Shown: positions 18,527-28,986, counted from the first letter of the stretch. The stretch is DNA of 60,938 bases from an uncultured Chthoniobacteraceae bacterium (GCA_965365475.1 CBDUBV010000003.1:1-60938), one strand, 5' to 3'. The notes: generated by a model not told the origin, from the sequence alone. Numbers and translations are program-made.

Positions 18527-19132
18527 ATGAAAATCCGCTCCGCAGAATTCCTGGTCAGTGCTCCGGATGTCGAGTCGTGCCCGGCGCCGGATATGTGGGA
18601 GTTTGCGTTCATCGGACGATCCAATGTCGGCAAATCGTCGCTGATCAATATGCTCACGCGCAAAGCGGCGCTCGCCAAGGTGTCTGGGACTCCGGGCAAG
18701 ACGAGTCTGATTAATTTCTACACGATCAATGGACACTGGCGCCTGGTGGATTTGCCCGGCTATGGCTATGCGAAACTGAGTAAAAAAGCGCGCGAACATT
18801 TTCACTCCATGATTCGCAGCTACTTGGCCCAGCGCACAAGTCTGCGAGGAATCTTCGTGCTGCTCGATGCCATGTTGCCGCCACAGAAAGCGGATGTCGC
18901 TTTCATCGAATGGCTGGTCCAGGCTGGCTTGCCGTTCATGCTTGTTTTTACAAAAACAGATCGCATCTCTGCGGCCCGCGCGGAATCTCATTCGCAAGCC
19001 TGGCTGCACGCTCTGCGCGAGATCAGCGCCGACACGCCTCCCACGATTCTTTCCTCTGCCAGGACTGGAGCAGGCCGGGACGATATCCTCTCGAGTATCG
19101 CAGCAGCCATCGAGGAGACCCCTGCAGCATGA
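18527..19132 (+). CDS. yihA: Ribosome biogenesis GTP-binding protein YihA/EngB
   Basis: FAFIGRSNVGKSSLINML (G1), GKTSLINFY, VDLPGYGYA (G3), FTKTDR (G4). Start trimmed to ATG 18527. Confidence 0.9.
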   Translation: MKIRSAEFLVSAPDVESCPAPDMWEFAFIGRSNVGKSSLINMLTRKAALAKVSGTPGKTSLINFYTINGHWRLVDLPGYGYAKLSKKAREHFHSMIRSYLAQRTSLRGIFVLLDAMLPPQKADVAFIEWLVQAGLPFMLVFTKTDRISAARAESHSQAWLHALREISADTPPTILSSARTGAGRDDILSSIAAAIEETPAA

Positions 19133-20214
19133 GGCTGGAAGACCTGGGCTGGGATGCGCATTTCGCAGAGGCATTTGCACGCTGCCCCAATAAGGATTGG
19201 GTGCCTGCACGGCTCATCCGGGATAATAAAATCTCCTACGGCGCGCTATTGGGCGATGGGAGGGAATATGAAGTGACGTGCAGCGGGCGCGTGTACCATG
19301 CGGCAGCGACCGATGCCGATCTACCCGCAGTCGGCGATTGGGTAGCTCTGGATTCTGATGAATGCGTGATTCGCGAGCGTCTTCCCCGTCGCAACACGCT
19401 CTCACGTAAGATGCCCGGACGCAGCACTCAAGAACAGGTGTTGGCCGCGAATGTGGACGTGGTCGCGGTAATCACCAATGCGGGCCCGGACTTCAATCTT
19501 CGTAGGATGGAACGCTATTTCGCAATCATCGCCCGCAGTGGCGCTCGCGTGGTCGTGCTCATGAACAAAGCCGATCTTTTCACAAATCAGAAAAATCAAG
19601 CTGCTTTGGAAGCCGTCCAGGCGTTGCATCCGGAAGCTGACATCCATCTCACCAGCATCGCCACACCGCGCAGTCTCACGGTGCTCAAGCAGTATCTGTC
19701 TCCGGGGAACACGGTGGCGTTCATTGGTTCCAGCGGCGTGGGTAAATCCTCGATCATAAATCATCTTCTGGGCGGGGATTTTCAGTGGACGGATGAGGTG
19801 AACGAGATCACGGGCAAAGGCCGGCATGCCACCACTGCTCGGGAGCTGATGGTGCTGCGGCGCGGCGGAGTGATCATCGATAACCCCGGCATCCGCGAAG
19901 TGCATATGTGGACCGATGAAAGCATGATGCGTGAACGCTTCGCAGACTTGGAAGAGCTGGGCAGGAGTTGTCAGTTTGACGATTGCACTCACGGGCCGCG
20001 TGTGCCCGCACGTGCATGCGCGATCCGCAAGGCACTGGAGTCTGGCACACTGGATGCCGCACGCTTTGCGGCGTATCTGAAACTTGAGGACGAGATCAGC
20101 AAGCTGCAGGTAAGTCGCAAGAAACGCGAAGCCACTGTCGCCCGGCGGACACGGCGCGATGATCGTGCGAGATCGACCAAATACGCTGACCGACACGAGT
20201 CGGCACAGGAATAA
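19129..20214 (+). CDS. rsgA: Ribosome small-subunit-dependent GTPase A
   Basis: Circularly permuted GTPase: LMNKADL (G4) precedes GSSGVGKSSIIN (G1). C-terminal Zn cluster is CQFDDCTH. ATGA overlap with the yihA stop at 19129-19132. Confidence 0.85.
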   Translation: MRLEDLGWDAHFAEAFARCPNKDWVPARLIRDNKISYGALLGDGREYEVTCSGRVYHAAATDADLPAVGDWVALDSDECVIRERLPRRNTLSRKMPGRSTQEQVLAANVDVVAVITNAGPDFNLRRMERYFAIIARSGARVVVLMNKADLFTNQKNQAALEAVQALHPEADIHLTSIATPRSLTVLKQYLSPGNTVAFIGSSGVGKSSIINHLLGGDFQWTDEVNEITGKGRHATTARELMVLRRGGVIIDNPGIREVHMWTDESMMRERFADLEELGRSCQFDDCTHGPRVPARACAIRKALESGTLDAARFAAYLKLEDEISKLQVSRKKREATVARRTRRDDRARSTKYADRHESAQE

Positions 20215-20236
20215 GTCCCGGCCTGTAAATGCCAAA

Positions 20237-20261
20237 GGCCGGCCCGCATGACGGACCGGCC
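20237..20261. terminator. GC-rich hairpin between convergent rsgA and ppdK (possible bidirectional terminator)
   Basis: GGCCGGCCCG-catga-CGGACCGGCC forms a 10-bp stem with one mismatch. On the minus strand it is followed by TTTGGCATTT. The T-tract is weak. Confidence 0.3.
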
Positions 20262-20283
20262 TCGAGCATATTCGGGATAGTCT

Positions 20284-23028
20284 CTAGCTTTCGAGCGAAG
20301 CCTGCGCTGCTGCCAGCCGCGCGATTGGCACACGGAATGGCGAGCAGCTTACGTAATTGAGCCCAGCACGGTGACAGAATTTCACCGACTCGGGATCGCC
20401 GCCGTGTTCGCCGCAGATTCCCAGCTTGATGTCGGGACGGGTTTTGCGGCCCTTGGCGATGGCTATTTCCATGAGCTGCCCCACACCGGTCTGGTCGATC
20501 GTGGCGAACGGATTGTTCTTCACGATGTCTTTCTCGGCGTAATTGCCAAGGAAGCTGCCGGAATCGTCGCGGCTCATGCCGAGCGTGGTCTGCGTGAGGT
20601 CGTTTGTGCCGAAGCTGAAGAACTCTGCAGTCTGTGCGATCTCGTCCGCGGTGAGCGCACCGCGCGGGACTTCGATCATGGTGCCGACCAGGTATTTTAG
20701 TTTGACCTTGTGTTGCTTCTGCACTTCCTGCGCGACACGATTCACGATCTCTACTTGCAAATCGAGTTCGCGCTTGAAGCCGACGAGCGGGATCATCACT
20801 TCGGGGTTTACTTTGATGCCTTGTTTCTGCACTTCGACTGCGGCTTCGAAGATGGCGCGTGCCTGCATCTCGGTGATCTCTGGGTAAGCAATGCCAAGTC
20901 TGCATCCGCGATGCCCGAGCATGGGGTTCATCTCGTGCAGATCGTGCACGCGCTTGGAGACGACTTCCTGTTTCACACCGAGCTTCTCGGCGAGACTGCT
21001 CTGCGAGGCGTGATCGTGCGGAAGGAATTCGTGCAATGGCGGATCGAGCAGGCGGATCGTGGCGGGCAGACCTTTGAGTGCCTTGAAGATGCCCACGAAA
21101 TCCGATTTCTGATACGGCAGAAGTTTCGCGACGGCTGCCTGGCGGGCTTCAGCTGTGTCGGCGATGATCATCTCGCGCACGGCATCGATGCGGTTGCCTT
21201 CGAAGAACATGTGTTCCGTGCGGCACAGGCCCACGCCCACTGCGCCGAATGCCACTGCGTTGGTGACCTGGTCGGGTGAGTCGGCATTGGTGCGGACGCT
21301 CATTTTGCTGACCTTCGAGCACCACTCCATGAGCTGGACGTAGCTCTTGTATTTCTCCGTCTTCTGCGCGGCTTTATTATTCTCGAGCAATCCTGTGATG
21401 ATCTCCGATGGCGCGGTCTTGATCTGGCCTGCATACACAGTGCCCGCAGTGCCGTCGATGGAAAGGAAATCGCCTTCTGCGAAGCGGTCTTTGCCCACAG
21501 TGAGCGTGCGGGTGTCGTAGTCGAGGCTCAACTCGGCGGCACCGCACACGCAGACTTTGCCCATCTGGCGGGCAACGAGCGCGGCGTGAGAGGAGACCCC
21601 GCCGCGTGCGGTGAGGATGCCTTCGGCAGCGATCATTCCGCGCAAGTCTTCGGGCGAAGTTTCTACGCGGACGAGCAGGACTTTTTCGCCCTTGTCAGCA
21701 GCAGCCACTGCGCGGTCGGCATTGAAATAGATACGCCCGGTGGCCGCGCCCGGACCCGCAGGCAGGCCTTTGGCGATGGGTTTGGCTTTTTTCACTTCCG
21801 CGAGATCGAATACCGGAGCGAGGAGTTGCTCGAGCTGGTCCGCAGGGTTGCGGCGGATGGCGGTCTTCCAATCGATGAGTTTCTCTTTCACCATGTCCAT
21901 GGAGAACTTGAGTGCGGCCATGGCGGTGCGTTTGCCGTTGCGGGTCTGCAACATGAACAGCTTGCCTTCCTGGATCGTGAATTCCACGTCCTGCACATCT
22001 TTAAAATGCTTCTCCAGGAGCGCACGCACCTTCAAAAGTTCGGCGTAGGATTTCGGCATTTTCTTTTTCAAATTGATGACCGGCTCGGGAGTGCGGACGC
22101 CGGCGACCACATCTTCGCCCTGCGCGTTGATGAGGAACTCGCCATAGAATTCGTTCTCGCCGTTGGCCGGGTTGCGCGTGAACGCCACGCCGGAGCCGGA
22201 GGTCTCGCCCGTGTTGCCATAGACCATCGCCTGCACATTCACCGCAGTGCCCCACTCGGCGGGGATGTTGTATTTGCGGCGGTACACGATCGCGCGATCA
22301 TTCATCCAGGAACCAAACACCGCGCCTGCTGCTCCGCGAAGCTGCTCCCACGGATCGTTCGGGAAGCCTTTGCCGGTGCGCTCTTTGACAAGGTTCTTAA
22401 ACCGCTGCACCAGCTCTTTCTGGTCATCTGCGGTGAGCTTGGAATCTTCGACATCGCCGTGGTAGCGCTCGTGTTTGAAGCTTTCGATCACGGTCTCGAA
22501 GGGCTCATGGTCTTCGCCTTCCTTCTTCTGCACACCGAGCACCACATCGCCATACATCTGGATGAAACGGCGGTAGCAATCCCATGCGAAACGTTCGTTC
22601 TTGGTGGCCGCCGCGAGAGCGATCACGGTCTCGTCGTTGAGCCCGAGGTTGAGGATGGTGTCCATCATGCCCGGCATGGAATCGCGCGCACCGGACCGCA
22701 CTGCGACCAGGAGGGGGAAATTTTTGGCGTCGCCAAACTTGTAGCCCATGATTTTTTCCATGTTCCGCACACCGGCTTCCATCTCGGCCTGCAGGGTGGG
22801 GGGATACGTGCGTTTGTTCGCGTAGAAATACGTGCAGACTTCCGTGGTGATCGTGAACCCGGGAGGCACAGGCAGGCCGATGCGGGTCATTTCGGCGAGG
22901 TTCGCGCCTTTGCCGCCGAGGAGGGGTTTCATTTTTCCGTCGCCGTCTGCTTTGCCCGCTCCCCATGTATAGACATACTTCGCGGACTTGGTGGATTTCT
23001 TGGTTTTTGCTGCTGGTTTTTTGGGCAT
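20284..23028 (-). CDS. ppdK: Pyruvate, phosphate dikinase
   Basis: 914 aa. [10 protein letters not shown], the phospho-His region [15 protein letters not shown], and the PEP-utilising C-terminal CGEHGGDP. Confidence 0.95.
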   Translation of the reverse strand: MPKKPAAKTKKSTKSAKYVYTWGAGKADGDGKMKPLLGGKGANLAEMTRIGLPVPPGFTITTEVCTYFYANKRTYPPTLQAEMEAGVRNMEKIMGYKFGDAKNFPLLVAVRSGARDSMPGMMDTILNLGLNDETVIALAAATKNERFAWDCYRRFIQMYGDVVLGVQKKEGEDHEPFETVIESFKHERYHGDVEDSKLTADDQKELVQRFKNLVKERTGKGFPNDPWEQLRGAAGAVFGSWMNDRAIVYRRKYNIPAEWGTAVNVQAMVYGNTGETSGSGVAFTRNPANGENEFYGEFLINAQGEDVVAGVRTPEPVINLKKKMPKSYAELLKVRALLEKHFKDVQDVEFTIQEGKLFMLQTRNGKRTAMAALKFSMDMVKEKLIDWKTAIRRNPADQLEQLLAPVFDLAEVKKAKPIAKGLPAGPGAATGRIYFNADRAVAAADKGEKVLLVRVETSPEDLRGMIAAEGILTARGGVSSHAALVARQMGKVCVCGAAELSLDYDTRTLTVGKDRFAEGDFLSIDGTAGTVYAGQIKTAPSEIITGLLENNKAAQKTEKYKSYVQLMEWCSKVSKMSVRTNADSPDQVTNAVAFGAVGVGLCRTEHMFFEGNRIDAVREMIIADTAEARQAAVAKLLPYQKSDFVGIFKALKGLPATIRLLDPPLHEFLPHDHASQSSLAEKLGVKQEVVSKRVHDLHEMNPMLGHRGCRLGIAYPEITEMQARAIFEAAVEVQKQGIKVNPEVMIPLVGFKRELDLQVEIVNRVAQEVQKQHKVKLKYLVGTMIEVPRGALTADEIAQTAEFFSFGTNDLTQTTLGMSRDDSGSFLGNYAEKDIVKNNPFATIDQTGVGQLMEIAIAKGRKTRPDIKLGICGEHGGDPESVKFCHRAGLNYVSCSPFRVPIARLAAAQASLES

Positions 23029-23202
23029 ATTTGGAGTTGGGGTAAAAATGAGGCGACGAAACTAGCAAACGGACCCTACCTGTCAATGCAGTATCAGATT
23101 TCCCAGACTCATCTTTTATAAGGAAACTTTGGCGGTGCTGTGGCGAGAGACTTTTCTGCTTGGCTCGCTGCGGTCTGCCGATAGAGTCCTGCTCTCATTT
23201 TT

Positions 23203-23625
23203 ATGGAAACAACACTTATTCTGCTTAAACCCGATTGCATCACTAAAAATCTCAGCGGTGAAGTCATCCGCCGTTTTGAAGCTGCCGGGTTCCAGCTTCG
23301 TGGCTGCAAGATGATGCAGCTCGATACCATTATTTTAAAAGATCACTATAAACATATCGCGGACAAACCTTTTTTCCCCGAGGTCGAGCAGTTCATGAGC
23401 AGCAGCCCGGTGATTGCTCTGGCACTGGCCGGCGAAGATGTCATTCAACGCGTGCGCGACCTGGTGGGGCCTACGGATTCCACCAAAGCTGAGAAAGGCA
23501 CCATCCGCGGCGATCTCGGCGTGGATGTGATGAAAAACGTGGTGCACGCTTCCGACTCTGAGGAAGCGGCAAAGGCTGAGCTGGGACGGTTCTTTTTTCC
23601 GGGTGAGCTGTTTGATTTGGGGTGA
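23203..23625 (+). CDS. ndk: Nucleoside-diphosphate kinase
   Basis: METTLILLKPD ... NVVHASDS (active-site His). Confidence 0.95.
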   Translation: METTLILLKPDCITKNLSGEVIRRFEAAGFQLRGCKMMQLDTIILKDHYKHIADKPFFPEVEQFMSSSPVIALALAGEDVIQRVRDLVGPTDSTKAEKGTIRGDLGVDVMKNVVHASDSEEAAKAELGRFFFPGELFDLG

Positions 23626-23633
23626 AACCCTGT

Positions 23634-23657
23634 GAACGCCGAACGCCGAACGCCGAA
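23634..23657 (+). repeat. Tandem heptamer (GAACGCC)x3+GAA
   Basis: CTGTGAACGCCGAACGCCGAACGCCGAAGGTATT-ATG(23664), located right after the ndk stop. Confidence 0.85.
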
Positions 23658-23663
23658 GGTATT

Positions 23664-24758
23664 ATGCAAAAGAGCGATGGGATGAATTACGCTCCGCAGG
23701 GCAAACCTGCGCCGGTTTGTAAGGCCGACGAATTTCCCATCGCGGCGGTTGCCCTCGATCACGGCCACATCTACGGACAATGCAACGGCCTGTGCGAAGC
23801 CGGTGCTACGTTAAAATGGGTCTATGATCCCGATGCCGGACGAGTAGAGAATTTTCTTAAAAGTTACCCGGGATGCCGCGCCGCACGCTCTCTCGAAGAA
23901 GTCCTCGATGATCCTGAGGTCCGGCTCATTGCTGCCGCCGCCATCCCAAACGAGCGCGGGCCCCTGGGCTGTCGAGTCATGCAAGCGGGCAAAGATTATT
24001 TCACCGATAAAACGCCTTTCACCACTCTCTCGCAACTTGAAGAAGCACGCGCCGTGGCCGCACAGACCAGGCGGAAATACATGGTCTATTTCAGTGAGCG
24101 TCTGCATGTCGAAAGTGCGATGGCGGCCGGCGAACTCATCGCGCAAGGTGCCATCGGACGAGTGGTGCAAGTGATCGGTATGGGTCCGCACCGTCTCAAT
24201 GCCGCTTCCCGGCCCGCATGGTTTTTTAATCACGAACAGTATGGCGGCATCCTGTGCGATATTGGCAGCCACCAGATCGAGCAGTTTCTTTTCTACACGG
24301 GAGCGCGCGATGCCACCGTGAGCCACGCTGCGGTGGGCAATTTTGCAAATCCAAAGTATCCGCAACTGGAGGACTTCGGAGAGGCAAATCTCGTGGGCGA
24401 CAATGGCGCGACAAACTTCTTTCGAGTCGATTGGCTTACGCCGGATGGGCTGGGTACATGGGGCGATGGACGCACCATTATTCTTGGCACCAAGGGCTAC
24501 ATCGAGTTGCGCAAATACATAAACGTGGCTACGGCAAAAACGGGGGATCATCTGTTTCTGGTGGATCAGAAGGGAGAGAAACACCTGGAACTCTCGGGTA
24601 AAGTCGGATTCCCATTTTTCGGGCAGCTTATCATGGATTGCCTGGAGCGGACCGAGAGAGCCATGACGCAGGAGCACGCTTTCAAAGCCGCCGAGCTGTG
24701 TCTGAAAGCACAGCAAGCCGCCACACAGCTTCGTCCGCATGAGCGGCCTCCCCTGTAG
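23664..24758 (+). CDS. Gfo/Idh/MocA-family oxidoreductase
   Basis: N-terminal Rossmann-type region (FPIAAVALDHGHIYGQ ... LIAAAAIPNERG) and a C-terminal alpha/beta domain. Start uncertain: ATG 23664 or 23682, or GTG 23622 overlapping the ndk stop. Confidence 0.75.
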   Translation: MQKSDGMNYAPQGKPAPVCKADEFPIAAVALDHGHIYGQCNGLCEAGATLKWVYDPDAGRVENFLKSYPGCRAARSLEEVLDDPEVRLIAAAAIPNERGPLGCRVMQAGKDYFTDKTPFTTLSQLEEARAVAAQTRRKYMVYFSERLHVESAMAAGELIAQGAIGRVVQVIGMGPHRLNAASRPAWFFNHEQYGGILCDIGSHQIEQFLFYTGARDATVSHAAVGNFANPKYPQLEDFGEANLVGDNGATNFFRVDWLTPDGLGTWGDGRTIILGTKGYIELRKYINVATAKTGDHLFLVDQKGEKHLELSGKVGFPFFGQLIMDCLERTERAMTQEHAFKAAELCLKAQQAATQLRPHERPPL

Positions 24759-24775
24759 TGCTGCAACCGGGTGCC

Positions 24776-26209
24776 TCACACCGATCCGCGCCGAGCTTCC
24801 AACGCAGCTCGGATTTCTTCCATACGCTGCCGGGTGAGCGGGTAGCGCCAGATGCACAGCAGGCATAGACTCCAGAAGCCAATCGGTATCCAGACGTAGA
24901 GCGTTTTCAGGTGAGCCAGCACCTCGGGAGGTTGCGCAGCTCCACGCGACACCTGGAAACCAGTCCACACCAATAGCAACCCGCCCAGGCCGTTGGTCAA
25001 GGCTGTAGACAGTTTGAAAGTCCATGAGAAAACAGCCGAAAAACTTCCCTCCCGACGCTGGCCCGTGCGCAGCTCATCGTAGTCGGCCACGTCGGCCTGC
25101 ATCGAAGGAACCACCAACCACAGCCCAACGCCCAGCGGAAATATCAACAGTGCTGGGATGATTTGTAACCACGGATTGCTCGGCGTCACAAAAAAATACA
25201 CAGAAAACGAGCCCGACATGCCGACCAACACCGTGACATAAAGTAGCGTCTTTTTTTCCCAATGATTGGCGATGGCCGTGCACAGCGGCACGGCTATCAG
25301 ATTGGGCAAGACCAGCGAGGTGGCAATCACACCTGCGATGGTGGTGGCCAGCGCGATGTCTCCTTTGCAAGCGTAGTAGGCGTTTAGATAAAAGCCCAGC
25401 GAGGCAACAAGCCCGAATCCGAATGTCTTCGTAAACGCTATGGCCACGATCCACAAAAATGGCGGTGTGGTGAGCGTGAGTTTCATCCCGGCAAGCAGCG
25501 GCTGTTTCGCCTGTTTGCTAGCTTCTTTTGCATAATACCGTTCCCGCACAAAGATGCCAGGCAGCACACCAAATAGGATCGTCACAGCAGCAAGCCCGAT
25601 GCTGACCGTCCGCATGCCGTTGGCAAGGTCCGGAGACCCCGTCGCTGTCTGTCCGAACATAGGCAAAGCCGCAAGTGCCAACACCCATCCAGCCGCCGCA
25701 GAACAGATTTGTTGCGGAAATGCTCGATACGCCGAGATACTCGTCCGCTCGTTGTAATCAGGTGTCATCTCCAATTGCAGACTGTAATAAGGCATCGCCC
25801 AAATGGAAAAACAGGTGTAAAATGCCATGCCGCACCCGATCAGCCATGCGGTCATCCCAAGCTGCGACATTCCCGTGGGCATCCACCAAATAAGCGGCAT
25901 GGTCATACCAGTAAGCACGGCACCCAGCACGATAAACGGACGACGGCGGCCCCAGCGAGTGCGCGCATTATCCGAGATATTGCCCATCACAGGATCCGTG
26001 ATCGCATCGTAAAGCCGCCAGACCATGAGCACCACGCCGATGAGCGCCGGGTTCAGGCCCATAGCGATATTAAAGACAGGCGTCAGATTAGCTTGTGGAA
26101 TCCACACAGCAGTGTGCTCCACAGGCCCCCCAAGACCGTAAGCCAGCTTTTGAATAAAAGGAACACGGTCCCGTGGCCTGGGCGTCGGCTGAGGTGTATT
26201 ACAATCCAT
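24776..26209 (-). CDS. GPH-family (glycoside-pentoside-hexuronide:cation symporter, MFS-fold) transporter
   Basis: About 12 TM segments. The N-terminus FIQKLAYGLGG ... DAITDPVMGNISDNARTRWGRRRPF is the GPH signature. Confidence 0.8.
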   Translation of the reverse strand: MDCNTPQPTPRPRDRVPFIQKLAYGLGGPVEHTAVWIPQANLTPVFNIAMGLNPALIGVVLMVWRLYDAITDPVMGNISDNARTRWGRRRPFIVLGAVLTGMTMPLIWWMPTGMSQLGMTAWLIGCGMAFYTCFSIWAMPYYSLQLEMTPDYNERTSISAYRAFPQQICSAAAGWVLALAALPMFGQTATGSPDLANGMRTVSIGLAAVTILFGVLPGIFVRERYYAKEASKQAKQPLLAGMKLTLTTPPFLWIVAIAFTKTFGFGLVASLGFYLNAYYACKGDIALATTIAGVIATSLVLPNLIAVPLCTAIANHWEKKTLLYVTVLVGMSGSFSVYFFVTPSNPWLQIIPALLIFPLGVGLWLVVPSMQADVADYDELRTGQRREGSFSAVFSWTFKLSTALTNGLGGLLLVWTGFQVSRGAAQPPEVLAHLKTLYVWIPIGFWSLCLLCIWRYPLTRQRMEEIRAALEARRGSV

Positions 26210-26224
26210 GGCGGCGGTAAGTAT

Positions 26225-27835
26225 CTACTCGACGATGAATTCCCAGGTCACCATCTCGCTCGGCGCATAGCCCATGCGAACCGAACGAGCACTTATCGTG
26301 TGCTCGCCCACGGGCATCCGCAGCAAGGGGCCGGCCAGGTGCCAATCGTCGGCAGAGTCCAGTCGGTAGTCAGTGGATGCGCCGGGCGTGGCTGAATACC
26401 AGCGCAGATACACCGGGCCGGTGAGTGTATCTCCGCTGGCCAGCGGAATCTGGCCATCGTGGTGCTGCCCGTGAGCAATGAGCATGGGTGCGCAGGTCTG
26501 CGGCCGCTTCCCCGTCGGCCACATGCTCGAAATCAGGGTGGCCTCATCGATGTCCCGATACGGGTCTGCATCGCGTTGCCATTCGTCCATCGCAGTGCGC
26601 AGTCGGCAAAGAGTGTCGGCGTATTCAGCATCGTCCACCAGGTTGCACATCTCCCATGGGTCTGATTCGCAATCGTAAAGCTCTTCCGGCCGCCGACGAT
26701 CCATCGATAGTTGAGCGCCTCGGGGCCCGTTTCCCCCCTCCGCATCTGCCCAGCAGGAATCGAGTCCACGCTGAATCGGGTGTCGAAACGCATAAGGCGT
26801 CCAGACAGTGCCGGTCAAATCCGGATGGTAATTGCGAATATATTTAAACCGTGCATCCCTGACGGCCCGGACCATGTCATGCCCTTCATCGTGTCGGTCC
26901 CGCGCTGCAAATACAGTCTCCCGAGTCAGGGCACGATTGCCAAGAAATGGCATGCCCTGATAATGCACCGGGATGGGAACACCCGCGAGGCTGAGCACAG
27001 TAGGTGCGATATCCATGGTGCTCACTAGACGTGTGTCGCTGCTGCCAGGCGCGATATTTCCCGGCCATCTCACAATCAAAGGAACCCGGATACCGGTGTC
27101 GTAAAGCCAGCGTTTGGACCGCGGCAACCCTTCGCCATGGTCGCTCCAGACGATAACAATCGTGTCGCTGGCAAGGTGATCCTCCTCAAGGGCGGAAAGT
27201 ATCGTGCCTACTCGTGCATCCGCTTCCTCCAGCCGATCGTGGGCTCGCGCCAGCGCGAGGCGGTTCTCGAGCGTATCGGGAAGATATGGCGGCAACGAAA
27301 CGCGCCCAGGGTCCGTGCGAACAGGTTCCGGTTGCTCCGCCCACATGCGGCTCTCGTGGGTCTCTCCCAAATTAAAGGCCGAGAAAAAGAAGGTGCCAGC
27401 AGGGCGCTGACGCCACGGTGCGGGGTACTGGTCTTCGCCCTGCTTATCCCAGGCAGTGAAAGGTGCCTGCATGATATCCAGCTCGAACTGGGTATCCGAC
27501 TTCCCATAGGTCGTGCAATATAGTCCGTGGGCACGCAGGGTCTCGCTGAAAAACTTTACGTAAGCAGGAGGCACACACGTGTACGGCCGCAGTTGCGGCA
27601 CGAACGGGTTTGTATGTGTGACCCGCATGTGCTGAGCACCGAGAAATGTGGGATACATCCCCGTCGCAGCAGCGGCCCGAGCGGGGGAACACACCGGCGC
27701 AGTGGAAAATGCATGGGTATAAACACAGCCCTCTCCGGCCAGTCTGTCGAGATGTGGTGTGCGCGCGGCAGCATTGCCATGGCATCCCAGACGCGGACTG
27801 GTGTCCTCCAGGCAGATAGATACGAAATTGCGCAT
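26225..27835 (-). CDS. Sulfatase (formylglycine-dependent), no signal peptide
   Basis: CSPARAAAATGMY (C-x-P-x-R), VIVWSDHGEG. Start is ATG 27835 (MRNFVSICLED) or GTG 27847. It lies 15 nt upstream of the transporter gene. Confidence 0.85.
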   Translation of the reverse strand: MRNFVSICLEDTSPRLGCHGNAAARTPHLDRLAGEGCVYTHAFSTAPVCSPARAAAATGMYPTFLGAQHMRVTHTNPFVPQLRPYTCVPPAYVKFFSETLRAHGLYCTTYGKSDTQFELDIMQAPFTAWDKQGEDQYPAPWRQRPAGTFFFSAFNLGETHESRMWAEQPEPVRTDPGRVSLPPYLPDTLENRLALARAHDRLEEADARVGTILSALEEDHLASDTIVIVWSDHGEGLPRSKRWLYDTGIRVPLIVRWPGNIAPGSSDTRLVSTMDIAPTVLSLAGVPIPVHYQGMPFLGNRALTRETVFAARDRHDEGHDMVRAVRDARFKYIRNYHPDLTGTVWTPYAFRHPIQRGLDSCWADAEGGNGPRGAQLSMDRRRPEELYDCESDPWEMCNLVDDAEYADTLCRLRTAMDEWQRDADPYRDIDEATLISSMWPTGKRPQTCAPMLIAHGQHHDGQIPLASGDTLTGPVYLRWYSATPGASTDYRLDSADDWHLAGPLLRMPVGEHTISARSVRMGYAPSEMVTWEFIVE

Positions 27836-28197
27836 TGGAGGTAGCACCTAGACAATCTTCCGAAAGCAAACCCGCAGGATGAAAGACATCACGGACGTGT
27901 AACTGACAAGCAGCAGCTTTGGCAACTCAATGCCACTGCGGCAGCAAGTAAAACACATCCCCATGTGGCAGGCCGTATTTAGAGGCTTGCCATGGGCTTT
28001 ATCTTACACTACCGGTGTGCGCGTGAAGGAAATAAGGGGTCCGGGTTGGTGATCATTTGAAACCTTGACGGACTTTTCCAATCACACCAGACGGCGTTCA
28101 TTTACCGGAGTTCGCACCGCGTGTGCCAGTGTTGATCGATTTGCCACGTGGATTGACGAACAGACGCCCTATCGCAGTAACAACTAAACTATACAAC

Positions 28198-28713
28198 ATG
28201 ACAACATCTACCTCATCCGGATCGCCCCGCAGACCGCGGCGCGGCGGGTCGCGCAGGTCCGGCCCGCAACGGCGTAGCCGGAATCAGGATGCTCCGCAAG
28301 CACCTGTAAAAAAATCAGGTTTTTTCGATAAAATCCTGTCCTTTTTTAAAGGCAACTCGAAAGCTCCCAGCACAACGCCGCGCCCCAACCAGCAGGAAGG
28401 CCGAACAGCCCGGCGCACGGAACCCTCCAGTCCACGCACAACCCATGAAGTCACTGGCCCTCGGCTATACGTGGGGAATCTGTCTTACGACACCACCGAG
28501 AGCGACTTGTTCGAACTCTTCAATGGAGTAGGCAAAGTCCAGAACGCAGAGATAGTAGCCAATAAACACACGCACCGATCCAAAGGGTTCGCATTTGTTC
28601 AAATGCAATCTCTGGAGGAAGCCAAACGCGCAGTGGAAGAACTCCACGATAAGGAGTTTATGGGCCGCAAACTCGTAGTGAGCGGAGCCCGCGAGTTGGG
28701 GCATCAAACGTAA
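28198..28713 (+). CDS. RRM-domain RNA-binding protein with Arg-rich N-terminal extension
   Basis: RNP2 LYVGNL and RNP1 KGFAFVQM. Start trimmed to ATG 28198. Confidence 0.85.
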   Translation: MTTSTSSGSPRRPRRGGSRRSGPQRRSRNQDAPQAPVKKSGFFDKILSFFKGNSKAPSTTPRPNQQEGRTARRTEPSSPRTTHEVTGPRLYVGNLSYDTTESDLFELFNGVGKVQNAEIVANKHTHRSKGFAFVQMQSLEEAKRAVEELHDKEFMGRKLVVSGARELGHQT

Positions 28714-28740
28714 AGCAATCGCTTCCATGCATGCACGGAG

Positions 28741-28772
28741 CCCGTCCTGGCAATCCAGGACGGGTTTTTTTT
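28741..28772 (+). terminator. Rho-independent terminator of the RRM gene
   Basis: Perfect 10-bp stem CCCGTCCTGG-caat-CCAGGACGGG followed by T8, 28 nt after the stop codon. Confidence 0.8.
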
Positions 28773-28860
28773 ACACCCTTCGCCAGGCAGACTTGCCGCT
28801 GTACGCTAAGATTTTGACTCCTGCTCCTGGGCGGAGTAATCTCGCACGGTTTCATCATTT

Positions 28861-28934
28861 GCACCCGTAGCTCAGCCGGATAGAGCAACGGATTTCTAAT
28901 CCGTGGGTCGCAGGTTCGAGTCCTGCCGGGTGCG
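28861..28934 (+). tRNA. tRNA-Arg (anticodon TCT), CCA not encoded
   Basis: Hand-folded cloverleaf. Acceptor GCACCCG/CGGGTGC, D stem GCTC/GAGC, anticodon stem ACGGA/TCCGT with loop TTTCTAA, T stem GCAGG/CCTGC with TTCGAGT loop, discriminator G. Confidence 0.9.
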
Positions 28935-28986
28935 CGGAGATTTGCTGCGTGCAATCCGTGTGGGTCCGGCGTTAAGCTCTATCTCC

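Noticed and set aside
21586-23121. 511-aa plus-strand ORF, plus the 20096-20905 Arg-rich minus-strand ORF
   Set aside because: Both are off-frame or antisense to ppdK, whose identity is certain. Their composition is Gly/Arg/His-biased with no recognisable domains.
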